From Akkermansiaceae bacterium (lineage in GTDB: Bacteria; Verrucomicrobiota; Verrucomicrobiia; Verrucomicrobiales; Akkermansiaceae): a stretch of 64,000 bases of DNA. How positions within the stretch are numbered: position 1 is the first letter of the stretch; each line of letters opens with the position of its first letter. The notes under the pieces are model-generated. The model ran no database searches. It saw only the letters and a program-made list of their open reading frames with translations, and was not told where the DNA came from. Both the position numbers and the translations under genes were made by a program. Shown here piece by piece: positions 1 through 12,471 of this stretch. The stretch lies in contig JBPOGF010000010.1 of NCBI GenBank assembly GCA_051251915.1, positions 1 to 64,000 of the forward strand, in the 5' to 3' direction.

Positions 1-72
1 GGTGTAGCTCAGTGGTAGAGCGCGACCTTGCCAAGGTCGATGTCGAGAGTTCGAATCTCTTCACCCGCTCCA
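1..72 (+). tRNA. tRNA-Gly(GCC); first ~3 nt cut off by the window edge
   Basis: D arm AGCTCAGTGGTAGAGC, anticodon arm GACCTT-GCC-AAGGTC, T arm GTTCGAATC, 3' end CACCCGCTCCA with encoded CCA. Confidence 0.95.
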
Positions 73-122
73 TTTTTTTTTGGAATGTTACTTCAAATTT
101 TGATGAAGATCCCTTCATAACC

Positions 123-905
123 TTATATTAGCCTAAAAGTGTGACCGTTATGGATTTCTGTTAGTTTACTCGCTTGGCTGTTGCTATCTGTATTCTCTAG
201 CTGAACTAGCAGGTAACCATTTGGACTGATGCCTTTGGCCGTTCCAGTTCGTATGTAAGAATCTAGAGTGAACTGAATTTTCTGCCCGTAGAACAGATCA
301 TAGTTGCCCAAGTTCTGCTGAATGCTTGAGAAGTGATCTTTGCAGAGGCTGAGCTGAGTAGTGAGTTGGCTTAGGAAGGAGGCTAGGAGTTTTTCTCTTG
401 AGATGGGTGAGGAGGATGGTTGTTGTTGGATGAGGGAGGTGGAGTTGTCGATGGATGGTTGGGAGTTTACGTTGATGCCGACTCCGATGAGGGTTAATTC
501 CTTGATTTGCTCGATGAGGATGCCTGCTGTTTTTTTATTGTTGATATAGAGATCGTTGGGGAACTTGATCATCGGTTTAAGACCGAGTTTTTCTAGCTCG
601 ATGGCGAGAGCTAGTGCTGTGGTGGTGGCTAGTTTGTGGATTTGGGATAAAGGTAGCTCAGTCTCGATGACTGCAGTGAAGAGGAGGTCTTGGCCTGGTG
701 AGCTGGTCCATTGGTTATCCCTGCGGCCTTTTCCTAGGTTTTGCTGATCTGTTAGAAATACGGTTCCTGAGAGAGACTGGGGATTTGTTGAATTAAGGAC
801 AGTTTGCTTGGCTTGTTCATTGGTGGAGTCTGTTTCTGGGAAGTAGACCAGTTTCCAATGTGATTGCAGTGCTTCAAAGGCCTCTGTGGAGAAAAAAGGG
901 TGCAT
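123..905 (-). CDS. birA: Biotin-[acetyl-CoA-carboxylase] ligase (no N-terminal HTH)
   Basis: STN, QxxGKGRR-x-W, IKFPNDLY, KKTAGIL and IGVGIN motifs. Confidence 0.92.
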   Translation of the reverse strand: MHPFFSTEAFEALQSHWKLVYFPETDSTNEQAKQTVLNSTNPQSLSGTVFLTDQQNLGKGRRDNQWTSSPGQDLLFTAVIETELPLSQIHKLATTTALALAIELEKLGLKPMIKFPNDLYINNKKTAGILIEQIKELTLIGVGINVNSQPSIDNSTSLIQQQPSSSPISREKLLASFLSQLTTQLSLCKDHFSSIQQNLGNYDLFYGQKIQFTLDSYIRTGTAKGISPNGYLLVQLENTDSNSQASKLTEIHNGHTFRLI

Positions 906-937
906 GTTGTGCTATGAGGAATTAAACTATTTCTGGG

Positions 938-1339
938 CTAGAGTCCGGCTTGGGACATGAGTTGTTTTAGTTTTAGGTGGGTGTTCATGCGGGCGAAGAG
1001 GACGGGGAAGTTGATGGGCTTGGAGACGAAGTCGCTGGCTCCGGCATCGAAGCAGTTGACGATGTCTTCGTCTTCGTCTTTGGTGGTGGCCATGATGACG
1101 GGGAGCTGGGTGGCTGTGTGGGTCTTGCGTAGTTCGCGTAGGGTTTCTAGGCCGTTTAGCTCGGGCATGTGGACGTCTAGGATGATGAGGTCTGGTTGGA
1201 GGCCGTCTGCGATGATTTCTAGGGCGTTTTTGCCGTTTACGGCGGCGGTGACGGTGTAGCCTTTTTCTTGGAGTTTGCGGGAGAGGACGGTGCGGATGAC
1301 GAGGCCGTCGTCTACGATGAGGATAGAGGTTTCATTCAT
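938..1339 (-). CDS. Single-domain response regulator receiver
   Basis: ILIVDD, LIILDVHMP (phospho-Asp), PVIMAT and SKP motifs; no output domain. Confidence 0.92.
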   Translation of the reverse strand: MNETSILIVDDGLVIRTVLSRKLQEKGYTVTAAVNGKNALEIIADGLQPDLIILDVHMPELNGLETLRELRKTHTATQLPVIMATTKDEDEDIVNCFDAGASDFVSKPINFPVLFARMNTHLKLKQLMSQAGL

Positions 1340-1362
1340 GGTGATTGGTATTTATTTGGTGA

Positions 1363-2513
<1,151 letters not shown>

Positions 2514-2517
<4 letters not shown>

Positions 2518-5500
2518 GAGTTTGTGTCACTGAGTTCTTTGTTGAAGATGGTGAGGGCTATGTGGAGGGTGTCCATCTCGGATTTTGCTCGTGGGTGAAG
2601 CTTGCGGGCTTGTTCTAGATCTCCACTGCGGGCGGCGGTGTTGAGGTCGCTGGCGCATTCGAAGGCGCGTTCGGCGCAGAAGATGCCGACTAGGCCTTTG
2701 AGTGAGTGGGTGGCTTCGTGGAGGGCGTCTACATTATCACCTGTTACAGCTGTGTCTAGTTTGGTCATGATGGTGGCGGATTCTTCGTTGAAGTTTTCGA
2801 TGAGCGTTTGCATGAGTTCGACATCGCCCATGCTGTCTCGGAAGGCTTTGGAATCAAAGACTGTTGCATCACTGTTAGATGGCTTTGTTTCTGGAGCGGG
2901 TTGCTTTTCATCTATTTGATCTACTTCTTGATTGGCGCTTGATGCGTTTATGCAGGCGTTGGAGAGGGCTGTGTAGAGCTCTTCTGGGCGGACTGGCTTG
3001 GCAACGTAGTCGTCCATGCCAGCGTCGATGCATCTTTCGCGGTCACCTTTCATGGCATCTGCTGTCATGGCGATGATGGGGATGTGTGCGGTACCTCCAT
3101 TTTCGTGTTCTTTGTCGCGGATGGCGCGGGTTGCTTCGAGTCCGTTCATGACGGGCATTTGAAGATCCATTAGGATGGCGTCGAAGTTGCCGGTTTCCCA
3201 GGCTTTGACTGCTTCGAGTCCGTTTTCTGCGATGGTGGTGCGATGGTTGCGTTTTTTCAGAAGTTGGGTGGCTACGATTTGGTTGACTTTGCCGTCTTCT
3301 ACTAGGAGGAGGTTAAGGCTGGGGTGGTCTTCAGCGTTATTGTTTACATGATTGAGGTTTACTTGCCCTCCACGCGTGGCTGGGCCCATCACGTCCATGA
3401 TGGCATTGAACAGATCGGATTGTTTTGCAGGTTTGGTAAGGCTGCGGCTGATGCCAAGTTTTTCTCGTTGATTTTGGCTGATAGGGGTGGCGGCGGAGCT
3501 GAGTAAAATGATGCTTACGTCCTCGTTTTCCGGCAGGGCGCGGAGGCACTTGGCAAATTCTAGGCCGTCCATTTCAGGCATCATGAAATCTAAGAGAATC
3601 AGGCGGACAGGATTGTTATTATTCGCTGCTTCGGTGAAGGTATCCAAGCCTTCATGGCCGCTGGAGGCGATGATTGGCTGCATGTCCCAGTTTGAGAGCA
3701 TTTCTTTTAGGATGAGCTGATTGGTGGCATTATCATCCACTATTAGAACGGTGAGGTCTTCTACCGAGCTGAGTGATTCTTCAGTAAAGATAAGATCTGG
3801 AGCGTCTTCGGGTGCTACCTTTGAAATGCCGAATGATGCGTCGAACTGGAAGTCGCTGCCTTTACCGACTTCGCTTTCTACCCAAATTTTTCCGCCCATG
3901 GCTTCTACGATTTGCATCGAGATCGCTAGGCCGAGTCCAGTCCCACCGTAGCGACGTGTTGTGGATGCGTCTGCTTGTTGGAAGACTTCAAACACTTTAG
4001 CTAATTTTTCTTTAGGGATGCCTATGCCGGTATCGCGAATGGAGAAATGGAGGTCAATGGTGTCACCGTCGATTGGTGGATTAATAGGCTCGGCGCTAAC
4101 CACAATTTCTCCACTACTGGTGAATTTAATGGCGTTACCAACGAGATTGATGATGACTTGGCGTAGTCTGGCGACATCGCCGATAATCCATTGCGGAATG
4201 TCTGGGGGAATATGGAAAGCGAGTTCTAGCCCATTCTCAGCAGCCTGGATAGAAAGGGTCTGTAGTGTGTCACCAACGCTCTCTCGTAGATCAAATGGAG
4301 CGTGTTCTAGCTCAAGTTTTCCAGCTTCGATTTTGGAGAAGTCTAGGATGTCGTTAAGCAGGTGTAGCAAGGTTTCTGCTGATTGCTTTACAAGACGTTG
4401 GTATCCTCGTTGCTCAGGCGTTTGTTCGGTATCGAGCAGCAACTCCGTCATGCCGAGGACTCCATTCATGGGAGTGCGTATTTCGTGACTCATGTTTGCT
4501 AGAAATTCGCTCTTGGCGACATTGGCTTCCTCCGCATCTTCCTTGGCGTCGTGCAGTTTACGAGAGGCGGAGGCGAGCCGTTCGGTCATGAGATTGAATC
4601 GTTTGCCTAGGCCTGAGAGTTCGTCATTACCTTGCATTTCGATACGAGTGTCTAGATCGCCACGGGTGACGGCATCTGTAGCTGCATTAAGTTTGGCTAG
4701 CCTGCGACTGAGGGGTAATGAGATCCAAGCTAATAGGAGTAGGCCAACGAGTCCTGCTCCTATTGAGATGTTACGGATGCGATTACGCATCGCAAATTTT
4801 GGAGCCATCAGTTCATTTGCATCGAAAGTCTGTACCACGATCCATCCGAGTGTTCCAGAGCCATCCGCTACGGGAGATTTTACGAAGACTGATATTTGGT
4901 TGCTATCTATTTTTTGTTCTAGTCCAGAGGAGGTTGATCCTGGAGAAATGTCCTCGACTTTGAGGTCTCCCAGAAAGTATTTTCCATCGGTGAGTAGATC
5001 AGTTTCTTGTCCACCGATGCGGATGATCCTGCCGTCGGAGGTTAGGAGTGCGAGTTGTGAAGTGTTCGAGAGATTGAGTGCATGGCCATCTACAATCTGA
5101 AACACGTCGCGGATGTTCATCACGGCTTTCATTATCCCTAACATTTCACCGTTCTCATCATCGATGCGAGGACAGATCTCGATGGAATAGATTCCAGCAC
5201 TGTCATCGAGTTCCACATCGCCGATATAAATACCGTCCTTTGCGGCTACCTGCCACCATTCTTCATCGTCTTGGCGGAAATCTGATGTTTTGCCAGTTTG
5301 AGCAACGTTGGCTCCATAGGAATTGGTCAGGAAAACTTCGCCGAATACAGGGTAACCAGAAACTTCATTTAACTTGTTGAGTGTGTTACGTAGGTCTCTG
5401 GAAACTCGGCCTTTCATGATTTTAGAGACAAGTCGGCGGGATTCCACTGAATTGCCTTCCGTCCATATGGTATCTTGTTTTTTTACCTCCGCTGCGGGAT

Positions 5501-5762
5501 CCGACATGGCGGCATACTCCGCATTAGAGTTAATTAAGGTTTCCTGAATGAGTGAGCTGCCTGCGTAAGCTTGCCAGTTTGCGGATCTGTTACGAATGAG
5601 ACGGTCGACCTCTTCTTGGACTGCTTTGATCTCGGTGAGTGCGCTGGATTCGATTGATTTCGTAAGACTCTGCTCCGCAATGCTGGCAACATGTATCCCT
5701 GATATCCAGATGAGCACTGGAACCGTGCAGGTTGTGATTAGGAGTTTAATTGAGATTTTCAT
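2514..5762 (-). CDS. Hybrid sensor histidine kinase (Cache-like, HAMP, HisKA, HATPase, 2 REC, HPt)
   Basis: Two TM segments, [16 protein letters not shown]-box, [23 protein letters not shown], two receiver domains, THSLKG HPt. Confidence 0.95.
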
Positions 5763-5907
5763 CTAGGATGATAGTATAATAGATAATCTAACAATGAGGT
5801 ATAGAGGGCGTATCTGTCAAAGAAGAAATAGAGTCTAGATATGAAGCGTGGGTTTTAGAATAGTGGATTATTGGATTTGCGAAAGAATGTGTTTGCTAAA
5901 GTGGTGG

Positions 5908-7050
5908 TTAATTACTTTTTCTGATGCCTTTTCTGAATGAGGAGGGGGGGATTCCTTCGATGCGCTTGAAGACTACAGCCATGCGTTCGGGGTCGTTGAA
6001 GCCGGAGAGTTCTGAGATGAGGGAGATGGGGTGGTTGGTTTTGGTGAGGAGGTGTTTGGCGCGGTTGACGCGGAGTTTGCAGAGCATTTCCCAGGGGGTG
6101 CAGTGGAGGAACTCGCGGAATTTTTGTTCAAGGCTGCGTCTGGCGATGTGGAGTTGGTTGCAGAGGATTTCGATGGTGATGGGGTCTTGGATGTGTTCGG
6201 AGAAATAGGTCATGGCGCGGCGGAGGGTTTGGTCTTCTAGAGCGAGGTAGTTTGCCGAGTGTCTGAGGACTACTCCGCTTGGAGGGACGAGAATGGGTTT
6301 TGTGGGTGGAGGGATGTTTGCCAATAATGAGCGCACGGATTCTATGACGGCTTCGCCTATGGTGTCCCACGGGATGGAGACGCTGGAGAGCATGGGGTAG
6401 CTGAGGCCGCAGACGAGTTCATCGTTATTGGCGCCGATGACTGCGACTTCTTCTGGGACGCGTATTCCGAGGTCGCGGCAGGCTCCGCAGAGGAATCGGC
6501 CGAGGGGGTCGTGGACGGCGAAGATCCCTACTGGTTTCGGGAGTGATTTTAGCCAAGCGTGGAGGGCGTCGCATGGTTGGGTGAAGTCTTCGCTGTAGCG
6601 GAGTTCGTTGAAGGAATTTTCTTGATGGACTGAGATTTTTATATCGTGGCCTAGCTCACGGCAGAATCCTTCGATGCGTTGGTTTGAGTATGGGGTGGAG
6701 TTTCCTAGGCAGGCGTAGTTCTGGTATCCAGCTTGCGCAAATGCACTGGCTGCTTCGGCACCTACTTGCCAGTCATCGACATCTAGGCTGGTGACTCCGG
6801 GGTAATGGGTGTCTGTGGCAGCGATGACGGTGGGGATGCCTAGCTCTAAGAGGCTGTCGGTCACTTCTGGGAGCCATTCTGTGATGATGGCGCTGGGGTT
6901 TAGCTCTGTGAGTATGGATTTGAGTTCATTGATGGGGCGACGGATACTGAGGATTCTGAAGTCGTTTTGACGTCTGACAAAGGGGATTAGTGATGGAGTT
7001 AGACGGCGTAAGAACACCTCGGTCATGACGATCGCTATCTGATTACCCAT
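5908..7050 (-). CDS. xylR: XylR-type regulator (periplasmic-binding fold plus AraC HTH)
   Basis: LPKPVGIFA, VPEEVAVIG and C-terminal AraC HTH; divergent from xylA; start taken at MGNQ (7050). Confidence 0.85.
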   Translation of the reverse strand: MGNQIAIVMTEVFLRRLTPSLIPFVRRQNDFRILSIRRPINELKSILTELNPSAIITEWLPEVTDSLLELGIPTVIAATDTHYPGVTSLDVDDWQVGAEAASAFAQAGYQNYACLGNSTPYSNQRIEGFCRELGHDIKISVHQENSFNELRYSEDFTQPCDALHAWLKSLPKPVGIFAVHDPLGRFLCGACRDLGIRVPEEVAVIGANNDELVCGLSYPMLSSVSIPWDTIGEAVIESVRSLLANIPPPTKPILVPPSGVVLRHSANYLALEDQTLRRAMTYFSEHIQDPITIEILCNQLHIARRSLEQKFREFLHCTPWEMLCKLRVNRAKHLLTKTNHPISLISELSGFNDPERMAVVFKRIEGIPPSSFRKGIRKSN

Positions 7051-7166
7051 TAAAATAGGGTAAAGTAGTGTTTTGCGCAAATCAACAGAATAAATACGTA
7101 TTATGCGGTTTAACCAATGTGGGGATTGAGTATGATCATTTCAAATCTAACCAACTAACTATAGAA

Positions 7167-8474
7167 ATGAAAGAATACTTCGACTGCGGAAAAATCAACT
7201 TTGAGGGAACCGGCTCAAAAAACCCACTATCTTTTAAGCATTACAATCCTGATGAGATGATCGATGGGAAATCAATGAAAGATCATCTTCGTTTTGCTGC
7301 ACCTTACTGGCACGTGATGCGTAATGAGCTGGCTGATCCATTTGGTGGCGGTACTGCTCAGATGCCATGGGATGATGGGTCTAACAGTGTTGAAAATGCA
7401 CTTTCACGTGTGGATGTGTTCTTTGAATTTCTGGACAAGATGGGTATGGAGTATTATTGCTGGCATGACCGTGACATCGCTCCGGAACTGAATGATTTAG
7501 CGGCGTCTAACGCGGCTCTTGATCAGGTGGTGGCTAAGTTGAAAGTTAAGCAACAGGAGACTGGTGTGAAGCTTCTCTGGGGAACAGCGTGTTTGTTCTC
7601 ACACCCACGTTATTCTCAGGGTGGTGCTACTACTCCAAATGCTCAGGTGTATGCTTATGCAGCAGCGCAGGTTAAGAAGGCACTTGAGTGCACTAAGGAG
7701 CTAGATGGGCTTGGCTATACGTTCTGGGGTGGTCGTGAAGGATACTCTACATTGCTTAATACCAATATGAAGCGTGAGCTTGATCACTTAGCAGCATTTC
7801 TCCACATGGCTGTGGATCATGCGAAGAAGATCGGTTTTGATGGTCCGTTCTACATTGAACCTAAGCCACGTGAGCCGTCTACTCACCAGTATGATGCGGA
7901 TTCAGCGACTTGTTTGAATTTCCTTCGTGAGTATGGCTTGATGGATCACTTTAAGCTTAACATTGAGACTAACCACGCGACTCTTGCGGGGCATACAATG
8001 GAGCATGAGCTTACTGTTTGTACGAATGCTAATATGCTAGGAAGTATTGATGCTAACCGTGGTGATGAACTCATTGGGTGGGATACTGATCAATTCCCTA
8101 CTGATATTTATCTTACTACTCAGGTGATGCTGGTGGTTCTTGAAATGGGTGGATTTACTACTGGTGGATTGAACTTCGATGCTAAGCGTCGCAGGGAATC
8201 TCATGAGCCAATGGATCTGATGTATGCACATATCGGTGGTATGGATGCTTTTGCGCGTGGTCTTAAGATTGCTTCTGCGATCCGCAAGGATGGACGCATG
8301 TCTGACTTTGTTCAGGCTCGTTATAGCACGTTTGATTCTGATATCGGTGCTAAGGTTGAGGCTGGTGAAGTGACATTTGAAGACCTAGAGAAGTATGCGC
8401 TTAATAATCCTGAGCCTGTTCTTGGTAGTGGTCGCCAGGAATTGATGGAGAACTTCCTTAACGAATTCATTTAA
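7167..8474 (+). CDS. xylA: Xylose isomerase
   Basis: [37 protein letters not shown] and GGLNFDAK motifs; start taken at MKEYF. Confidence 0.97.
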   Translation: MKEYFDCGKINFEGTGSKNPLSFKHYNPDEMIDGKSMKDHLRFAAPYWHVMRNELADPFGGGTAQMPWDDGSNSVENALSRVDVFFEFLDKMGMEYYCWHDRDIAPELNDLAASNAALDQVVAKLKVKQQETGVKLLWGTACLFSHPRYSQGGATTPNAQVYAYAAAQVKKALECTKELDGLGYTFWGGREGYSTLLNTNMKRELDHLAAFLHMAVDHAKKIGFDGPFYIEPKPREPSTHQYDADSATCLNFLREYGLMDHFKLNIETNHATLAGHTMEHELTVCTNANMLGSIDANRGDELIGWDTDQFPTDIYLTTQVMLVVLEMGGFTTGGLNFDAKRRRESHEPMDLMYAHIGGMDAFARGLKIASAIRKDGRMSDFVQARYSTFDSDIGAKVEAGEVTFEDLEKYALNNPEPVLGSGRQELMENFLNEFI

Positions 8475-8480
8475 TCGATT

Positions 8481-10043
8481 ATGTCTTACTCACTTGGTTT
8501 AGATTCTTCTACGCAGAGTTGTTCCGCTCTTGTGATTGATGTTGAAAGTGGCAAAGTTGTCGCTGAGACATCGGTAAATTTCGGGGCAGATCTTCCGCAG
8601 TATAACGCACCGTCTGGGTTTATTCCTGGGGGTGAAAACGGCGAGGTTCATTCAGATCCTCGGATGTGGTTGGATGCGTTAGAGATGCTGTTAGAGAATC
8701 TAGCCAAGCAGTGTGACTTAGGCAAAATACGAGCTGTGTCTGGTGCTGGTCAGCAGCACGGTTCCGTTTATTTGAATGATCAGTGGTTCGAGAAGGTAAC
8801 ATCATTAGACTCTAATAGCTCTCTTTCTGAGCAGTTAGCGCCGGTGTTATCCCGAGCCACTTCTCCTATATGGATGGATAGTAGTACGGGGGAGGAATGC
8901 CGTGAGATAGCTGAAGCTGTTGGTGGTGATGAAGTGGTTTGTTCGAAGTCTGGGTCCATTGCTATTGAGCGATTTACTGGTCCACAGATTCGTAAATTTT
9001 ATAAGACTGAGCCTGGGGCGTATGCTGAGACGGCGCGGATTCATTTGGTGAGTTCGTTTCTATGCAGTGTGCTGACGGGGTCAGATGCTGCGATAGATAC
9101 TGGTGATGGAGCTGGGATGAATTTGGTGAATATACAAGCTTGGGAGTGGGATGCGGATTTATTGGCGGCGACGGCTCCGGGGTTGTTAGAGAAGTTACCA
9201 GCGGTGAAGTCTGGTGCGACGGTTGCAGGTGATGTGAGTGGGTATTTCGTGGAGAAGTATGGATTTGCGGTGGGGGTTCCGGTGACGATATTTACTGGGG
9301 ATAATCCTAGTAGTTTGGTGGGGATGGGGGCGAGTGATCCTGGGAAGGTGGTGGTTTCGTTAGGGACTTCCGATACATTTTTTGCGGCGATGCCGGAGGT
9401 GGTGTCTGATCCTAAGGGATGTGGGCATGTGTTTGGGAACCCTGTGAGTGGGTCGATGTCGTTGCAGTGTTTTGTGAATGGGTCATTGGCTCGTGAGGCT
9501 GTGAAGGATAGATTTGGCTATGACTGGGATCAGTTTACGCAAGCATTTGAGAATACAGCATGTGGGAATGACGGGAAGTTGATGGTGCCATTTTTCGGTC
9601 CTGAGATTAGTCCTAGGGTGGATTTGGAATCGCCGTTGTTAGAGGGTGGAGATGAATTTAAGAACTGGAAGGAAGCGGATGCTGCTGTTAGAGCGTGTGT
9701 GGAAGGTCAGTTTTTGAATTTGAAACTGCGGACTGCTTGGATGGGGTTGAAGCCTGAGGTGATTTATCTGACGGGTGGAGCTTCTAAGAATGATGCGATT
9801 GCGCAAGTGGTGGCGGATATTTTCCAGACGAAGGTGGAGAGATTAGCGGTGAGCGGGTCTGTGGCTTTAGGAGGTGCGATGCGTGCTGCGGTGAATAGTC
9901 TAGGGAAAACGTTTGCTGAGCTGGAGGCTGAATTTTGTGAGCCAGATGCTAGTAGTGTGATTCAGCCTAAGGCGGATGCTGGTGTCTATGAGCAGGGTGC
10001 GCAGGCATTTGAGAACACCTTGGCACCATACTTAGTAAAATAA
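8481..10043 (+). CDS. xylB: Xylulokinase (FGGY family, eukaryote-like subtype)
   Basis: LGLDSSTQ, GQQHGSVY, PIWMDSST, ERFTGPQI, TGDNP and SLGTSDT motifs; follows xylA. Confidence 0.9.
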   Translation: MSYSLGLDSSTQSCSALVIDVESGKVVAETSVNFGADLPQYNAPSGFIPGGENGEVHSDPRMWLDALEMLLENLAKQCDLGKIRAVSGAGQQHGSVYLNDQWFEKVTSLDSNSSLSEQLAPVLSRATSPIWMDSSTGEECREIAEAVGGDEVVCSKSGSIAIERFTGPQIRKFYKTEPGAYAETARIHLVSSFLCSVLTGSDAAIDTGDGAGMNLVNIQAWEWDADLLAATAPGLLEKLPAVKSGATVAGDVSGYFVEKYGFAVGVPVTIFTGDNPSSLVGMGASDPGKVVVSLGTSDTFFAAMPEVVSDPKGCGHVFGNPVSGSMSLQCFVNGSLAREAVKDRFGYDWDQFTQAFENTACGNDGKLMVPFFGPEISPRVDLESPLLEGGDEFKNWKEADAAVRACVEGQFLNLKLRTAWMGLKPEVIYLTGGASKNDAIAQVVADIFQTKVERLAVSGSVALGGAMRAAVNSLGKTFAELEAEFCEPDASSVIQPKADAGVYEQGAQAFENTLAPYLVK

Positions 10044-10073
10044 CTAGGCAATCTGGATTAGCTTTGTTAGGAA

Positions 10074-10502
10074 ATGGGCATGGAAGACGAACCTATGTTG
10101 AAGATCCGTTCGCGGACGGATTGCCCTTGCGGGAGTAAGGAGATTTATCATGACTGTTGCCGACCTTATCATGTGGGTAAGGCGAATCCGGCTACGGCGG
10201 AGCAGTTGATGCGAGCTCGCTACTCGGCATTTTTCTTTAGGTTAGTGGACTACTTGGTGAGTTCGACACACCCTGACGTGCGTGAGAAGAACCTACGGGA
10301 GGAGTTAGATGATGTTGTGGATGATATGCTGTGGAGGAACTTACGCATTATCAGTAAAAGCAAAGGTGGACCGGATGACAAAAAGGGGAAGGTTGAGTTT
10401 ATCGCGCAGTTTCATTGTGATGGAGAATTTAGGGAGTTGCATGAGAATTCGCGGTTCAGAAAATATAAGGGGCAGTGGAAATATGTGGATGAGAAGGGGT
10501 AG
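10074..10502 (+). CDS. ychJ: YchJ/UPF0225 SEC-C motif protein
   Basis: CPCGS..Y..CC, TAEQLMRARYSAF, VEFIA and E.SRF....W.YVD motifs. Confidence 0.88.
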   Translation: MGMEDEPMLKIRSRTDCPCGSKEIYHDCCRPYHVGKANPATAEQLMRARYSAFFFRLVDYLVSSTHPDVREKNLREELDDVVDDMLWRNLRIISKSKGGPDDKKGKVEFIAQFHCDGEFRELHENSRFRKYKGQWKYVDEKG

Positions 10503-10517
10503 GAATAGGAGGTAGAT

Positions 10518-11015
10518 ATGGCTGAGGATAAGATTTTAGTTTTTACGCGGATGGCTGCGGATGGGTTTGATGACTTCATGGGAGATCCTGAGGTGGTGAT
10601 TGCTACGGTGGAGGATATGGGGTTTGATCAAGAGCTGCTGATGAAGTCGATGTCTATGGGTGATCCTGGACAGTTGTTGCAGTTGATGGAGGGGCGCTGG
10701 AGTGGTGAGGAGATGAACTTTGCTTTCGAAAACCTCTGGGACAATTTATTAGAAAAATTTCCTGACCATGCTGTGCTGAAAATGATCATCGGGGAAGGTC
10801 GGCATTCGCAGATTCATACCGATCATGCAGAGATTCGGGTGCTTAGTCAGGATCAAGTTTCTAGAGCGAGTGGAGAACTTGCTGAGATGATTTTGTTGAA
10901 TCTGGTTCCTGGTGATGAGAGTGACTCGATGTTAGAGGATCTTTTTCCCGCGTTGCAGAAGTTTTTTAAGTATGCAGCTGAAGGTGGTGAGTTTGTATTA
11001 GTGAGCTGGATTTAA
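10518..11015 (+). CDS. Hypothetical protein, YfbM/DUF1877-like
   Basis: AGGAGG RBS; C-terminus RVLSQDQV...FPALQKFFKYAAEGGEFVLV resembles DUF1877. Confidence 0.55.
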   Translation: MAEDKILVFTRMAADGFDDFMGDPEVVIATVEDMGFDQELLMKSMSMGDPGQLLQLMEGRWSGEEMNFAFENLWDNLLEKFPDHAVLKMIIGEGRHSQIHTDHAEIRVLSQDQVSRASGELAEMILLNLVPGDESDSMLEDLFPALQKFFKYAAEGGEFVLVSWI

Positions 11016-11052
11016 ATGTGCAACCTGAGAGATACCGTGTATCTTGGGATAG

Positions 11053-11502
11053 ATGGTATTTCTAAAAGCAAACAAAGCGGAGGGTTCCTTTTTAGGTATG
11101 GGGACTCACGTTTGGCTGGAAATAATCAGAGGTAGTGGCGAGAGGACAACCTTTTCTGGTGCGAAAAATGGTAAGATTTTACACGTAGTAAGAAATTATA
11201 AGCGTGATTATGATCGAGGTCATGATCATGGGCTGTTAGAGATTTCTGCGCCCGATGGTATGAATGATGAGGAGTGGGGCGAAGCTGTGATGGCTGCCGC
11301 TTTGGTGGTGCAGGCGGAGATGCATGGGAATTTTGCGTTTAATGGTGTTTGGCCATGGGGTAAAACGCGAGCGGGTGTTCCTCGGTCGAATTGTTGTTGC
11401 GTGGCCTCGAGAATAATCAGGATCGCTGGTGGGGTGATGCCACTTGGAAGAATTCGGGGTGTGCTACCGGGGTTAGGCCGCGGTTATAGGGATTATTTGT
11501 AG
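11053..11502 (+). CDS. Hypothetical protein, possible permuted papain-like fold
   Basis: 149-aa ORF with early THVWL and late SNCCC. Confidence 0.5.
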   Translation: MVFLKANKAEGSFLGMGTHVWLEIIRGSGERTTFSGAKNGKILHVVRNYKRDYDRGHDHGLLEISAPDGMNDEEWGEAVMAAALVVQAEMHGNFAFNGVWPWGKTRAGVPRSNCCCVASRIIRIAGGVMPLGRIRGVLPGLGRGYRDYL

Positions 11503-12380
11503 TCGCATATAAAAGTGCCTTCTGGAGCATCTTCTAGGAAGCCGTGGTCTGCTATAAAGCAGTCTGAGCTTTCTAGTGACTGGACAAAGTTTTCTTGGTT
11601 CACATTGAAGTTAAAGAAACTATGAGTGCCTTGTTTGAACGGGTAAAACATGCAGGTGTTTTTCTTACGTTGCATCCTCTTGGTGAAGAGTTCTACTTCG
11701 TCAATAGGAGTGTTTTGGTCAGCTGAGCCATGATAGAAGATCATTGGTGGGGCGTTTCTTCCAATACAGCGATTAGGACTTGTTTTGAGAGCGAGTTTTT
11801 TGTCTTCGAAAAGTTCGTAAGCTGCTGACTTCTTGGTTGTGTCAATGATGGCGCTGTAGAGGACTAATGCATTTGGTCTGCTGTCGAAGAGGCCATTGTC
11901 TTCGATGTCGGAGTTTAGGGCTGCACAGAGAGCGATGTGGGCTCCGCTTCCTGCACCGCAAGCGATGATTTTATGTGGATCGATGCCTACAAAAAGATGG
12001 TTTTCGCGTAGCCATAGAATGAGTGACTGGGCGTCCTCGATCGCTTCTTTTGGTGTAGATTTATGGATGGAGGAGACACGGTATTCAGCGAGCACAACTA
12101 CGGCGCCACGTAACACGAAGTGGAGAGCTTGAGGTGCGAACTGGCTAACCATTTGGTTGTCCCATTTTCCGCCATGGAAGAAGACGATGACGGTGCGCTG
12201 CTCGTCTTCTTGGAAATCTTCAGGATAGAGAAAGTGAGCATCGAGTTTGGCCTCTGGTCCAGTTTCGTTTATCTCAGCGCTTAGTCGCTTGTATGTGTGG
12301 ACGACTTCTCCCTTGAGGAGTGCTTGCTCACGCATGAGAAGAGTGGGAGAGTGGTTTTCGATGATCGTATCTGGATCCAT
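11493..12380 (-). CDS. Alpha/beta hydrolase (carboxylesterase-like)
   Basis: FFHGGKW, EYRV, GAGSGAH, HGSAD and HSFFN motifs. Confidence 0.8.
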   Translation of the reverse strand: MDPDTIIENHSPTLLMREQALLKGEVVHTYKRLSAEINETGPEAKLDAHFLYPEDFQEDEQRTVIVFFHGGKWDNQMVSQFAPQALHFVLRGAVVVLAEYRVSSIHKSTPKEAIEDAQSLILWLRENHLFVGIDPHKIIACGAGSGAHIALCAALNSDIEDNGLFDSRPNALVLYSAIIDTTKKSAAYELFEDKKLALKTSPNRCIGRNAPPMIFYHGSADQNTPIDEVELFTKRMQRKKNTCMFYPFKQGTHSFFNFNVNQENFVQSLESSDCFIADHGFLEDAPEGTFICDYK

Positions 12381-12471
12381 AGTATCTTGTGGAAGAGTGG
12401 TTATGGTTGTTTCTTTTGTAAACTTACTTTTTTTATTTTCTATCCTATCGTTTCAGTGCAAGTATGAATTT

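Noticed and set aside
1..122. tRNA-Gly as an island integration site
   Set aside because: No integrase is present, I saw no duplicated tRNA 3' end, and the next gene is housekeeping birA.
12247..12471. N-terminal ORF-track extensions (also for xylA, xylR, tpx, phoU, pstS)
   Set aside because: They overlap neighbouring genes or promoters; downstream ATGs give family-typical N-termini or signal peptides.
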